A model generated the notes under the pieces. The model was not told the DNA's origin, ran no database searches, and was given only the letters and a program-made list of their open reading frames with translations. From the NCBI GenBank assembly GCA_951406725.2, contig OX597816.1:39990001-40054000 (forward strand): a DNA stretch of 64,000 bases. The letters run 5' to 3'. Source of the stretch: Octopus vulgaris. Lineage: Eukaryota. Every line of letters starts with the position of its first letter. The first letter of the stretch is position 1. Shown piece after piece: positions 12,901 through 27,200 of this stretch. Made by a program: the position numbers and the translations under genes.

Positions 12901-14066
12901 GAGCTACTAATAATTTCATGATGAGAGATTGCTAAGTTTCTGAATCTATATATCTATTGTGTGTCATATAGTGGGCATCTTAGAATTGTTTTACTCTTTT
13001 ACTCTTGTACTTGTTTCAGTCATTTGACTGCGGCCATGCTGGAGCACCGCCTTTTAATCGAGCAACTCGACCCCGGGACTTATTCTTTTGTAAGCCCAGT
13101 ACTTATTCTATCGGTCTCTTTTGCCGAACCGCTAAGTAACGAGGACATAAACACACCAGCATTGGTTGTCAAGCAATGCTAGGGGGGACAAACACACACA
13201 CACATGCATATATATATATATATATATATACATATATACGACGGGCTTCTTTCAGTTTCCGTCTACCAAATCCACTCACAAGGCTTTGGTCGGCCCGAGA
13301 CTATAGTAGAAGACACTTGCCCAAGATGCCACGCAGTGGGACTGAACCCGGAACCATGTGGTTGGTAAGCAAACTACTTACCACACAGCCACTCCTGCGC
13401 TTTTTTTCGCTTTTTTTTTTTTTTTTAATATCTATAATTAAATATATTTCTCTCACTCGTTTTCTTATATATAAAAATCAAAGAATAAAAACATTATGGT
13501 AAAATTTTGACTGAGTTTGTCTTCAGCAATAATACTAATAAATGCTACAGTGAAATGATCCAATGCAAGGGAGAATATTTAGAATTTACAAGTTACCTCT
13601 CCCTTAATTCAAACTATTGCCAAACACTAAACATTAACTAACTATGGCTGTAGTCAGTGAAAGCTACATTAATAGTTGAGATAATACCCAAGCAAAAACA
13701 ACTGATTTTGTACTGAATTCACAAGAGAAAAAAGTCCTATCGTAACATAGCCAAGGAGGGAAGAGATTTTATAAATTTGTATATATCTGAATGCGCTTTC
13801 ATTTATTGTTCATTTTCTACTTTTTCCATTCATTGGACTACGGCTGAGTGGAAGCACCACCCAGAGAGACTTTAGTTGAACAAATTGACTCCAGTACTCT
13901 TATGGGTCTTTTTTTCTTCTCAAGTTTGGTACTTATTCTATCAATCTTTTTTGCCAGACTGCTAAGTAAAGCACAGTTTGAGTAGAGAATAAATATATAA
14001 TATATACATACATAACCCGTGCTAGCGCGGAAAACGGACGTTAAACGATGATGATGATGATGATAC

Positions 14067-14097
<31 letters not shown>

Positions 14098-14146
14098 CAC
14101 ATACATATATACATACATATATATATATATATATATACATACATAC

Positions 14147-14183
<37 letters not shown>

Positions 14184-16188
14184 CATACATACATACATAT
14201 ATACATACATACATACATATATACATACATACATACATACATACATATAAATACATATATATATACATACATATATATATATAATATATTCTCAACTCAG
14301 ACTGTGCTTTCTATGCATTCCCATTGAATCCTCCGTGTGTTAACATGGGTCTCCTAACAACAAAGTAAACTTCATATAATCAAGATACCCTTGACCTGAA
14401 GAGTAAGCCTGCGGTATACATCTTACTTGGATATTTACTACTTTTGAGGTTATGCTTGCTACGAAACATATGTAGCCAGAATTTTATCGACGCCATTCCT
14501 TAACTCTTGGATTTTTATTCACATACCCAGAAACTCTGGCTGCCAACCGTGAAATATAAAATAATTTTTTTCAGATTATCATACTTTGATATGGGAAAAA
14601 TCCACAACCTTCTGCACCAATAAACTACTATTGTTCCTGACAGTTGCTTTTTTTTATATTTTCTATGGATTGCTTGAAGAAAAGAATAAAATTAAAAGAA
14701 TACAAGAACAAAGAAACAGGAATTTCTACCTCAAGTCTTGGACAGAAGCCAACAATTTCTCTTGTAGATATTTCAAGTCATCCTCAAACTCTGGATCCTC
14801 ATTCTTGCGGGCTTCAATTAATTCCAGCTGCTTCAGTACCTTGCATTGTACCATGGCCAAAGCATGTTCCTGAATGACATCATTCTCACTAGTTTTCTCT
14901 AGAAGGTTCTGAAAACAACAGGCAAAACAATGTAGAATATTAAGTGATGGAAATCTAGGAAATTTTAACAAACAAAAAGGAAAGAGGTGTAGGGGGATGT
15001 CAGTTCCCAAATAAAATAACTGTTTCTGATACAGACCCAAGGCCTGAGATTTGGGTGGGTGAGTGTAAGAGATTAGTCAATTACATTGATTTAGTATTTG
15101 ACTGGTACCTTCTTTTTTTTTTTTTTTATTGATCCCAAAAGGATGGAAAGCAATGTTGACCTCGGTAAGATTTGAACCAACAATGTAAGGTGCTGGAAAA
15201 TTTATTGCCAATTACTTTGTCTAATGTTCTAATAATTTTGGCAGTTCACTTCTCTCAAAATAATAGCATAAAATACAAACAATCAGAGGAGTGTTTTGAT
15301 TTGGCATATAACAAATATTTATAGACAGTAGAAGAGTACATTTTCACTGGATCAACAATACAGAGCAGGCATGGCTGTGTGGTTAAGATGTCTGCATTGC
15401 GGCCATGTCATTTCAGGTTCAAACCTGTGTAGCACCATGAATAAATGTCTTCTACCAGTGGAATTCGGTAGACAGAAAATGAGCAAAAGCCAGACATACA
15501 TGCACATCAAGTTTTTATTTTTTAGTTAGGAGGGAAGGCAGTATCCATGATCCTTCACAGGACCTCCGACACTAGTGGGTCAGAGGGAGGAAGGTATCCT
15601 CAATTTGGAGCCTTAGCCAAATGGTTACAATAGAGTAGATAGTGCCAAAGACACCCATGATGCCAGGTGGTAGGTGAGGAGGGGACTAGTCGATCACATC
15701 GAACTCAACACTGGACTGGTACTTTATTCTATCAACCCCCAAATTAACAACCTTATAGCATTTAAACTGGTCATATCTGGCCAAAATACTCTGCCTGTTT
15801 TATGTTAAAAATGACCTGATCCTACATCTTACACCTACCTTACAATGTCATTCTAAAAATAAACAATCACATCATCAAAATCTCAAAGCTATGAGATAAT
15901 GCATGATTAACTCGAAACAATGGGAATAAATAAATATTACATTTAACAGAATAATCTGAATGCTAAAGGGTTAACTCTCTTAACTCTTTTACTTGTTTCA
16001 GTCATTTGACTGTGGCCATGCTGGAGCACTGCCTTTAATCGAGCAAATCAATCCTGGGACTTATTCTTTGTAAACCCAGTACTTATTCTATCGGACTCTT
16101 TTGCCGAACCGCTAAGTGACGGGGACATAAACACACCAGCATCGGTTGTCAAGTAATGCTAGGGGGACAAACACAGACACACAAACAT

Positions 16189-16219
<31 letters not shown>

Positions 16220-19200
16220 CATATATACGATGGGCTTCTTTCAGTTTCCGTCTACCAAATCCACCCACAAGGCTTTGGTCGGCCCGAGGCTATAGTAGAA
16301 GATACTTGCCCAAGGTGCCACGCAGTGAGACTGAACCCGGAACCATGTGGTTGGTAAACAAGCTACTTACCACACAGCCACTCCTGCGCCTAAGAGAAAT
16401 TTGAACTCAGAACACCATAACTAAATATCACACAGGTATTTTGTTCAATGCTCTAATGATTCCATTGGAATATATTCAACAGTTTACTGCAACCCACCAC
16501 CCTTTGAAATACTACCGCTGCTGCTGCTACTACTACTACTACTACAAATGCTGCTGCTACTATTACTACTTACCCGGAATGTTGATAAAATGATCCTGCT
16601 GACTTTCTCTTTAACTGATTCACTGAGAATATCAGACAAAATTTCAATGATATTGTATCTGAAGAATAAGAAAAAGAAAGAAACGGATTCATAACAGTTC
16701 TATATTTAAGAGATGAGGAATTATGTACATTATCTACATTATTTACATTGGATGGATACGCCCATGGGTATATGGCATAGTGGTTAAGAGAGCGGGCTAC
16801 TAACCCAAAGATTCCGAGTCTGATTCCAGGCAGTGACCTGAATATCATCATCATTGTTTAATGTCCGTTCTCCATGCTAGCATGGGTTGGACGGTTTGAC
16901 CAGGGATCTGGGAAGCCAGAAGGCTGCACCAGGCTCCAGTCTGATCTGGCAGTGTTTCTACAGCTGGATGGCCTCCCTAACGCCAACCACTCCATGAGTG
17001 TAGTGGGTGCTTTTTACGTGCCACCTGCACAGGTACCAGGCAAGTTTGGCAAAGGCCACGATCGGATTGGTGCATTTTACGTGCCACCGGCACGGAAGCC
17101 AGCCAAGGCGGTGCTAATAATATCGAAAAATACCTTAGGAATGAGAACCCAGGTTTGAAATTTCCCCAAGACACCTGAAGAAGGCTGGAGCCAAAACGTT
17201 GTGTTAACTACAAACAAGATGAGGACAAATATCTGTCAAATGTAAATAATGAATTTCTCCATTAATACATAGTTGTGAATGTAGTTATAGTAGAGTATAG
17301 CTTATCTGTAAAGTATGACTTTTAAATATTTCATCTTATTCTGAACTGGTTATTTCAAGACCTCTGTGTTCTACAACTGCACAGTTACAGTGAAATGGTA
17401 GCAAGCACAGGCGAAGTTGGTTCTGAGGATTGATTTGATACACAGTTGAACCATTCTACTACATGTTTACTCTTTGTGCCTTAGATATTCTGCCTTAATC
17501 AAGTCATCTAGTGAGATATTGTTTCTAAAATGTTCTTTAAACACAATCATTAACCCCTTAATGGATTATCCAGAGTTTACTTGTACATCGCAAATGTATC
17601 TTTTTAGAATCGGACGAGTATACTTGGTCAAAATTAACTTTTAATTTTAGCACTCAAATGAGTTTATTTGTTTTGTGTCATTTCATTTTTGAGTAATCAC
17701 GAATTTACTTGTGGAAAAAATATTATAAAAAAGTATTTTTTCATTTGATGGATTTAGCTATCTGGAATGCTTATATTTTGTATAAAGCATCTTTGGAAGC
17801 TTCAGCTTTTGCTATGAAACTGCTGAAATTTAGAATGCAAATAATCATCAAGATTATTGAAAAATATAAGCCCCTTATTGCCTCCCATGAAACCATGAAG
17901 ACCATCACCATCCAACAAGATTTGCCCCAGCTGGTCATTTTCCCATGGAAATACCACCAGGTGATAAGAAAAAGAACCCTACAAGACAGTGTGCAAAATG
18001 CGCAGAGAAGAGAGACACTAAAGAGAAAGCAGATACATGTGTGATGTCTGCAAGATAACTTTGTGTGTAACTCCTTGTTTTAAAAATTATCATTCTAAAT
18101 AAACTGACAATCTCATTTTTAAAAAATTTTCTTTTGAATTAATTATAAAAAATTGAAGATAGTTAAGTTATATGTATTTTTTCAATGTCTGAGTTAACTC
18201 GTTTAAATCCAAATAAGTAAAAGTACATTTTAATTTCTATAATGAAAAATAAAGGAAATGAGATAAAAGACTTTTTTTTGTAATTAACACAGTATATATA
18301 ATTAAAAAAGGAAATAAAAAAAATATGCCCTGAAATGAAACACCATCTCAAAATAATTGATCCATTGAGGGATTAATGATAATAATAAAATAATTTTTTT
18401 TGTTGCTGGTATAAAGCCTGAAATTTTGTGGGAGGAGAGTAGTTAATTATATTAACCTCAGTTGCTTATCTACTACATATTTCATTGACCCCGAAAAGAT
18501 GAAAGGCAAAGTCAACTTTGGAGGAATTTGAACTCTAAATGTAAATCTGGAAGAAACACCATTTAGCATTTTGTCTGGAGTGCTAATGATTCTGCCAGCT
18601 CACTGCCCTAATGGCTTAATAGTTTCAAATTTTGGCACAAGGCCAGCAATTTTTAGGGGAGGTGAAAAGTTGATTACATTGACCCCAGTGCTCAATGGTA
18701 CTTATTTTATTGACCCCCAAAAGGATGAAAGGCAATGTTGACCTTGGCAATATTTGAACTCACAACGCAAATATGGATAAAATTCTGCTAAGCATGTTGT
18801 CTGATGTGCTAACGATTTTGTCAGCTCATTGCCTTAACAATGATGATGATAATAATAATAATGATTACATTTATTTTCCACAAGGGCAAAGGATAAGAGG
18901 GGGAAAATACAGAGACTGACATACAGTGTGGGGGGTTGCATATAATAATGAAATGATAAAAAAACAAAAAGTAAGTATAGATGGTAAACACTGAAAAAGG
19001 TGATGTTACGGAATAAGTACTGGTGTACTTCCGGAAGTACCGGATACATTTCAAAAAAGTGTTTTTTTTATATATGGAGGGTTAGGGTTAGTGTTTCTGT
19101 TAGGGTTTGTGTTAGGGGTGGGAGAAAAGGGTTTCTGTTATCTTCAGAAATGTAAACAAAGTCACGTGTGTACATATACCGAAGCATTGCCACATACCCT

Positions 19201-22200
19201 AACCCTAACACAAACCCTAAACTCCCATATATAAAAAAAAAACACTTTTTTGAAATGTATCTGGTACTTCCGGAAGTACACCGGTACTTATACCGTAACA
19301 TCGCCCTGAAAAAGAAGGGATGTATGCATAGCATACAAAGGTAACAAGGAAAAAACAACAACCTACTTGTTCATTTTCTCCACAAGTTTTGGACTGAATG
19401 ACAAAGACCAGAGACAGAAGATTAGTTGGTACTGGATCTGGAACCCAACTTTGCTTCCAGCCAGGACAGTGACGATACTGAAAGGAGAGTAAATGGTAGA
19501 TTGATGATATATGATGATGACCAAATTGCACATACACACACATACGTGTATGTGTGTGTGTATATATATATACAAACAAATATACACATAAGCATAAAAG
19601 TACTATATAAAGTCTACCTTACATAGTTTAATAGTCTAATATCACACAGAAATGTATACACATATACATGAATTGTCACAGATGCATGCACACAAGCATA
19701 TACAATCCTTGACTAGAAAAACAGATAAAGGTTAGCATTAGAAAATACATCCAGTTGTTAAACAGTGCTTCAATATGTATTCATCCAACCCATGCACACC
19801 ATTGAAAGATGGATTTAAAATCATCATCATCATCGTTTAACGTCTGTTTTCCATGCTAGCATGGGTTGGACGTTTTCACTGAGGGCTGGCGAACCAGATG
19901 GCTGCACCAGGCTTCAATATTGATCTGGCAGAGTTTCTACAGCTGGACACCCTTCCTAACGCCAACCACTCCGAGAGTGTAGTGGGGGCATTTACGTGCC
20001 ACCGGCAAGAGGTCAGTCAGGCGGTACTGGCAATGACCTTGCTTGAATCTTTTACACATGCCACCGGTACAGGTGCCAGTAAGGCGATGCTGGTAACGGT
20101 CACACTCGAATGGTGCCTTTTACCTGCTACCAGCACGGATGCCAGTTAGCCGCTCTGGCAATGATCACACTCAGATGGTGCTCTTAGCACCCTACTAGCA
20201 CGGGGCTCAAGTGCCAGTAAGGTGATGCTGGTAACGATCACACTTGAATGGTGCCTTTTATGTGCCACTGACATGGAAGCCGGTTAGCTGCTCTGTCAAC
20301 GATCACACTCGTATGGTGCTCTTTGCACCCCGCTGGCACGGATGCCAGTCATCGAATTTGATTTTGATTTCACTTGCCTCAACAGGTCTTCGCAAGCAGA
20401 GTTTGCGAAGACCTGTTGAGGCAAGTAATATCAAAATCAAAATCAAATTCGATGACTGGCATCCGTGCTAGCGGAGTGCAAAGAGCACCATACGAGTGTG
20501 ATTGTTGACAGAGCGGCTAACCAGCTTCCGTGGAATGAACAAAAAAGTTTATGAATATCAGAGAGAGAATGAGAGAAGGAGGAGGAGGAAGGGAAGACAT
20601 TCCCTAAAAAAATTGGCAGATATTTGAAAGAGATCTGTGGACCATAATCTCAAAAGTACTCACGTTGAAATGCCATCAACGTCAACAAAGGCCTTTCTGT
20701 ACAGTTCAATCCTGAGCATCATCTGAAGACAACGGGCTGCGGTCTGTAGATATTCATTGTTCTGAAGGTACAAAAGACACCAGATCAGCAATACTAGCAG
20801 AATTATTAAATTAATGAAAACAATGCTTTTTAAGAAAATTTTTTTTTTTTGGTTTCAACTTTAAATGAATAGCTAACTTTGCTTCATAATTAGGTGCAGC
20901 CATGGCGGTGTGGTAAGAAGCTTGCTTCCCAACCATGTGGCAGTAAGACTGCATAGCACCCTGAGCAAGTGTCTTCTGAAATAGCCTCGGGCTGACCAAA
21001 ACCATATGAGTGGATTTGGTAGATGGAAACTGAAAATGGCCTGTCGTATATATGTGTGTGTGTGTGTGCCCCACCACTGCTTGACTACTGTCCCTGTAAC
21101 TTGGCGGTTCGGCAAGACACCAATAAGTACCAAGCTTAGTAAAAGTACTGTGATTGATTAATTCGACTAAGAATTCTTCAAGGTGTTGCTTGAGCATGAC
21201 TGCAGTCTAATGACTGAAGCAAGTAAAAGATAAAAGATATCAATCAACTACTTGTGGCTTCTGAAGTTAAATAGACATGAACTATGAAGAAGCCTATGAA
21301 AGAGACAGTAGTCCCTGTTCTTGAATGGTTGACTTTATCCATCACACATGTTAACACCACCACATGGCCCTTGGGTAAACTTTAGCAATGTAAACCACTG
21401 TGTTGTAAGAATTCATACTACTAGTCTGAGGATAACTTCATCTTGAGTTCCTTCCGCTCTAATCACAAGTTTTTTTCTTCCCCACTCTGCACTACCTGTC
21501 TTGAAGGACCTACAAAAAAAATGTCTTGGATGCTACACTGCTTAAGTCATAAACCCTATCTCATCCCCCCAAAAGCCTCTTCAAATTTACAATAAAAATA
21601 AATAACACTATCCAATCCATTCCAGTTTGTGGAATGGTGGATGATACTAAAATGGTAAACATATGACAAGTACAAAAATATAAAGAAAAAATCCTCTTCT
21701 AAATGTAACAGGTTTTGTAGGTGAGGGGCAATAAATTACATTATAGCCACCCATAAATTCTTCAAATAATTTATCAATGACTTACAGGGAGTTTCAGTTG
21801 ATCTTTCAGCCAGTTAAGATAAAATTCTAAGTCACTTTTATCCATTGGTTCTTTACCCCAACAAGCAATTTTGGCAATAATTCTGCTGGTCTGAAAAACA
21901 TAAGGAAATAAATAAAAGATGTATATTGATTAGCTTTATGCAAACTTTAACCCTTTCATTACCAACCTGGCTGAAACTAGTTCTGGCTCTGAGTACAAAT
22001 GTCTTGTTTTCATAAGTTTTGAATTAAAATTTTCCACCAAATCTTACACACAAGTTGTGTTCCTAACACTAGCTGAATGATATAGCTAAGTTATTTTATA
22101 AATTCTTTATTATATTTAAAGTAATTGATAGAAACACAGAGCATCTCAAAATAAATACAGTAATGAAATGGTTAATGTAGCAGAAATATTAATGAAACCT

Positions 22201-24152
22201 AAAATCAGCCTCGCCTGGCCCCCATGCCGGTGGCACGTAAAAAAGCACCATCCGATCGTGGCCGTTTGCCAGTCTCGTCTGGCACCTGTGCCGGTGGCAC
22301 GTAAAAAGCACCCACTACACTCACGGAGTGGTTGGCGTTAGGAAGAGCATCCAGCCGTAGAAACATTGCCAGATCAGACTGGGCCTGGTGCAGCCTTCTG
22401 GCTTCCCAGACCCCAGTTGAACCGTCCAACCCATGCTAGTATGGAAAGCGGACGTTAAACGATGATGATGATGATGAATTGAAATTTTTTCTAATGACAG
22501 CAGCATTTTTGTGACTGTTGACGCCTTCTACTAGCAAGGTTTTCTTATTCCAGGCCAAACCAAAGGTGACAGATGACATGGAGGGGAATAAACAGGTGAT
22601 GTAACCGATAACATGATGAGGGGAGTTGATGGCAAGTAAACTGTCCATCAGCACTGTATTACATCCATCACTAAGACATGAGGACAAATGACCAAATCTA
22701 CCTAGACTTCAAAATGATGTCAGAAGACAGAAACAACATACTGTTGGTAGTATTGATGGTAAATGATAAAACTGATGAATATTTTGTTTAGATGCTCCAA
22801 ACCATCAAAACGCCTTATATTTAGAAGGACACCAGATACATAGTCAGTGATGTCATCCAGTTTTACAGTGTCATGTGGTGCTTCAATAGGCAGATAACCT
22901 AGTGGTGCCCATCTCTCCATCTATGGTTAGATTTTGTCTTCTCTGTGAGAAGCTCTTCTTCCCTTTAATAAATGGTGTTTTTAACCCTACTGGGTATCCA
23001 TACACCATAGTCATCTAGCAAACTGGGAGGAGTTGGTGGTTTAATCACTGGCTACCCAACTATAAGACAGGCTGTATATGGTTAAATGGTATTAGTGGCA
23101 TATAGAATCTGATTTGATTATTTTAGTTGCAGCCACTATGTTTGAAATCATACAAGGTTAGAACCTGAGTATTTGAATTGCCAAGACATGTTTAAAATAA
23201 GCTGAGAGGAAAGCAAGCTAATAGTGCCATATAAAGTTTAAAGACAAAATTTTCCTGTGGTACTTCAATAATCCAGTGAATTATGGGACTCAGCACTCAG
23301 AACATGAAAGTAGTACATCATCATGGCGGTTGTTAGCAGAAAACTTACTTCACTGCGGCTGTTATTAAGAGAAAAATATTCCAATGTGGCTGTTGTTAAT
23401 AGTTCTTGTATCTTGGCTCTGAAGAGGTTTCTTGGAGAGAGAGTACATATACATAATAGTTAGAAAAAGAAACAAAATAAAAGGCTGCTCACCTGGTTAA
23501 CTATGAATCGATCACTTCTGTTCAGAAGGTGCAGGAAAGGGGTCCAAACTGATTCCCTGTTCTTGCGGGCGTAATCTCTGAAGATCTCGACATAAGACTT
23601 GTCCTCCTGGAATGCAGATATTTCAAAATTTATTCACCATCACGCTAACAAAGTAACAGTTTTATTATGTTGCCAAATTAAATTCAATAAGATTAATTAA
23701 TATCAAGGAATTACTTCAAACATTTTGTACCATATCAGAACAAAGTCTTATGTGATAAAAGGCTGTCATGCCCATAGAAATGATTTACTTTAAAAACTCA
23801 TGTAATTTAGGCACTTTTTTTCGCAAAAGTAAAAATAAGCTTTAGTGGGTGCATAAATTACATGAGTATGTAGAGTACACTTGAGTGAAGTCCCTCTACC
23901 CTTTATTATATATACGTACATACGAATGTACTCTTTTACTTGTTTCAGTCATTTGACTGTGGCCATGCTGGAGCACCGCCTTTAGTCGACCAGATCGACC
24001 CCAGGACTTATTCTTTGCAAGCCTAGTACTTATTCTATCAGTCTCTTTTGCCGAACTGCTAAGTTACAGGGATGTAAACACACCAGCATCAGTTGTCAAG
24101 CATGTTGGGAGGACAAACAGACACACAAACATATACACACACACACACACCT

Positions 24153-24208
<56 letters not shown>

Positions 24209-27200
24209 ATACGACGGGCTTCTTTCAGTTTCTGTCTACCAAATCCACTCACAAGGCTTTGGTCTGCCTCAGGCTATAGTAGAAGACACTTGCCCAAGGT
24301 GCCACACAGTGGGACTGAACCCGGAACCATGTGGTTGGTAAGCAAGCTACTTACCACACAGCCACTCCTACGCCTATAACAGCTAACAGCTCCTACGCCT
24401 TAGCAGATAACACTCCTATGTCTTAGCAGATAACAGCTAACCTTTGGCTGCTATTTGGACCCAGTTGTGTCCACTGCTCTGATTGGTTGGTGCTGGCACA
24501 ATTTGTCTATTACTGTTGCGTCAATATGCAGCATATAACCAGTCGAAGCCCCTAAATAACATCATGTGAGACAGCCTTTTCTCAATCTCGCTTGAGCATA
24601 CTGTTCATTATAGAAATTCAGCTACTCTTCGTCTTGATGCCTTTGGTTCCAGACCTTCTAAGGTCTAGCCACTGGCCACACAAGACACAACCAGTTCCAG
24701 CGACAATGCCAGATGCCCAGGTTTCAACACAGCACTACTCATGAATTACTTCACCTTGGATCAACAGAAAAGATACACCCTGCGAGCCAGACAACACCCA
24801 TCCAACAGCATTATGGCAATCTCTTTCTTCGTTTGCTATATCTTCTTAATGACGTCAACAATATCTCTACGTACACAGCAACTAGCAACACTGCACAGGT
24901 TCTAACATGGCACTGTTTGTGAATTACTTCACCATGGTTAACTGCAAATACAACCTGCAAGAACTCATGTACAAGTAACCCAGGCAGCAGCATTACAGCC
25001 ACAACTTTGTATGACACATACCGCAACTCTGGCGTAGCATCATTGTCACAACTTCTTGATACAGTATTTCAATGACTGTATACAAGTGACTATGAAACTG
25101 GTATTTCTCATTCTTGTGTCTATGAACATTTGTCTAACTTCTCATTATAGACTCTTTCACTTTCTTCTTCATTGTTGTTCTTATATGTAGCACACGCATA
25201 CATCATGTACATACATGCACTTTGTTCTCATGATGGCTTGTCTATTATTCTGTATACATGACACACATGCAGCCATACATGTTAACCCATCAATAAATGT
25301 TCTCTCTCAAATATTGTATTCGGTTGTGTTATTGCTCTTTTCCCTCACTGGCACAGGATATGTATTATTCCAGCCTTCAGAACAGATTCATTATTAAATG
25401 GGCACAGCACACTTCCCCTTGACCATCTAAATGTAGATCGTTTCCAGAACTTGTTTTCAAATATTTTTTGTTGAAAAAAAGATGTACAAAATGTAAACAT
25501 TCGTACTGGAAGTTGACTCCTGTCAGAATAGGTTTTTACAGAAAAAATAATGGCTTAAATTTGCATAATGAAGTTGACTTTTATTTATATAATACTTACT
25601 TTTCCTGTATAAATTTACTAAAACCACTAAATGGTTAGCTAGCTTTTGAGGTCTGACATTCATGCTAGTAAACAGTCTGGGCCATATTTTACATTGCTTG
25701 GAGTTTCTACCTATCGCAATGGAGCACATATTTAATTTCTCCTTCGCAGTGAACGATTCATAAGTTCTGCCCATACTGACAATAATGGTAACGACAAATT
25801 TTAAAGTTTGCTTGACATTTTATAAGTGTGAAAGGGATTAAAATTTTGATACTCCGTATCAAATGTTCTGACAAGAATAGGCTTGATTGGTCACCTTCCT
25901 CTGTCAGCTGAGTAAAGTGTCATCTAAGCTGATGTTTATGGGTAATTAAACTTAATTTGCAACACCAGTTTTGTTTTTGTCAGTAATTCTCACCAACAAT
26001 TTTTTCTGTGATCGTGATTTGAAAAGACATAGAACAGTATGCTAAGGATCGGACATAATCTCTTGTGGGCAAGAAATGTAAAATAAAGTTTATTATAAAG
26101 AACACATAGCTTTCAATGTTATACCTGTTAATAAAATCTAATTAGAAGTGAAATTATGCTAAATACAACTAAATTGAAAACCTTTTTCCTCTGGTTATAT
26201 CAGCAATTCTCAAAACTTTTAGGTGCGAATTTAACATAAGTAGAAGCTTTTTTTTAACAAATTTTATACTGAAAAAAATCACCTTTTAGCCAACTTTTAC
26301 AACATACAACAACACAGTACACCTATTCTAAAACTGGAATACACATGGTAATAGGATACACATATTAAAAGAATACACCTAATAGATAATATATAACTAT
26401 AAATTATAGCTAAAAAATAATATATATCTAAAAGTTATAATTAACCCTTTCCTTGCAAAAATCAGATATATCCTCTCAAAATTTCATTACCCTTTACTGC
26501 AGAAAGCAGTTTTATATACAAATGTATCTTTTACTGAGGAATGTCTTGTTTGAAACTATTTCTTGTAAGATATGGTCAAGTTTATTACAACAATGTATCT
26601 TGCAAAAAATACCAATTCTATTTTTTGGTAGATATTTAACATCATTACTGAAATAACTATGAGAGTTAGTTTCACAGTCAAAGAGTTAGAAATAAATGAG
26701 TTAAAATAAAAATAGGATTACCTTCAGAATGTCATCACAAACGGTGAGAATATATTGCAAGGTTTGATCTTTGGCAATGTGGTTCATTAAATTAATAAAT
26801 GTTTTAGCAAACTGTAAATAGAAAATGATAAAAACAAAAATAATAAAGAGTCAGTTAACAGTGAACTGGTAGTTGTTTAACTACAGGTCAGCCATCATCA
26901 AAGCAGATCTATGATCAAAGGTGTTCCAGATGTGACCAACAGGTTTTTTTTTATTTGCCTTTTTTTAAGACAGTAGGGTGTTAGTTATACAAGATTTGGT
27001 GGTTGTTTCTGGCAGATTGAATGACCATGCAGAGATGCAAACATAACTGAGTGGTTAAGAAGATCACTTTGCAACCATGTGGTTTTTGGTTCAATCCTAC
27101 TGCACAACACCATGAGCAAGTACCTTCTACTACAGCTCTGGGCTGACCAATGCCTTGTGAGTGAATTTAGTAGACAGAGGCTGTGTGGAAACCTGTTGTG

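Noticed and set aside
16759-16840. tRNA-like sequence
   Set aside because: Acceptor and T stems do not pair properly and it is fused to a repeat body; it is a SINE head (also at 163, 29390-29465, 62300-62372)
19980-20345. Regularly spaced ~55-bp repeats superficially like a CRISPR array
   Set aside because: Eukaryotic context, 'spacers' are homologous to each other, no cas genes; internal tandem units of family C
20762-21785. Extra exon equivalent to the vertebrate long-isoform (SFD-alpha) insert between exons 6 and 7
   Set aside because: No convincing in-frame cassette seen; exons 6 and 7 join in phase without it
24466-25354. Possible solo LTR (TG...AATAAA...CA)
   Set aside because: No target-site duplication, PBS or PPT found; boundaries ambiguous
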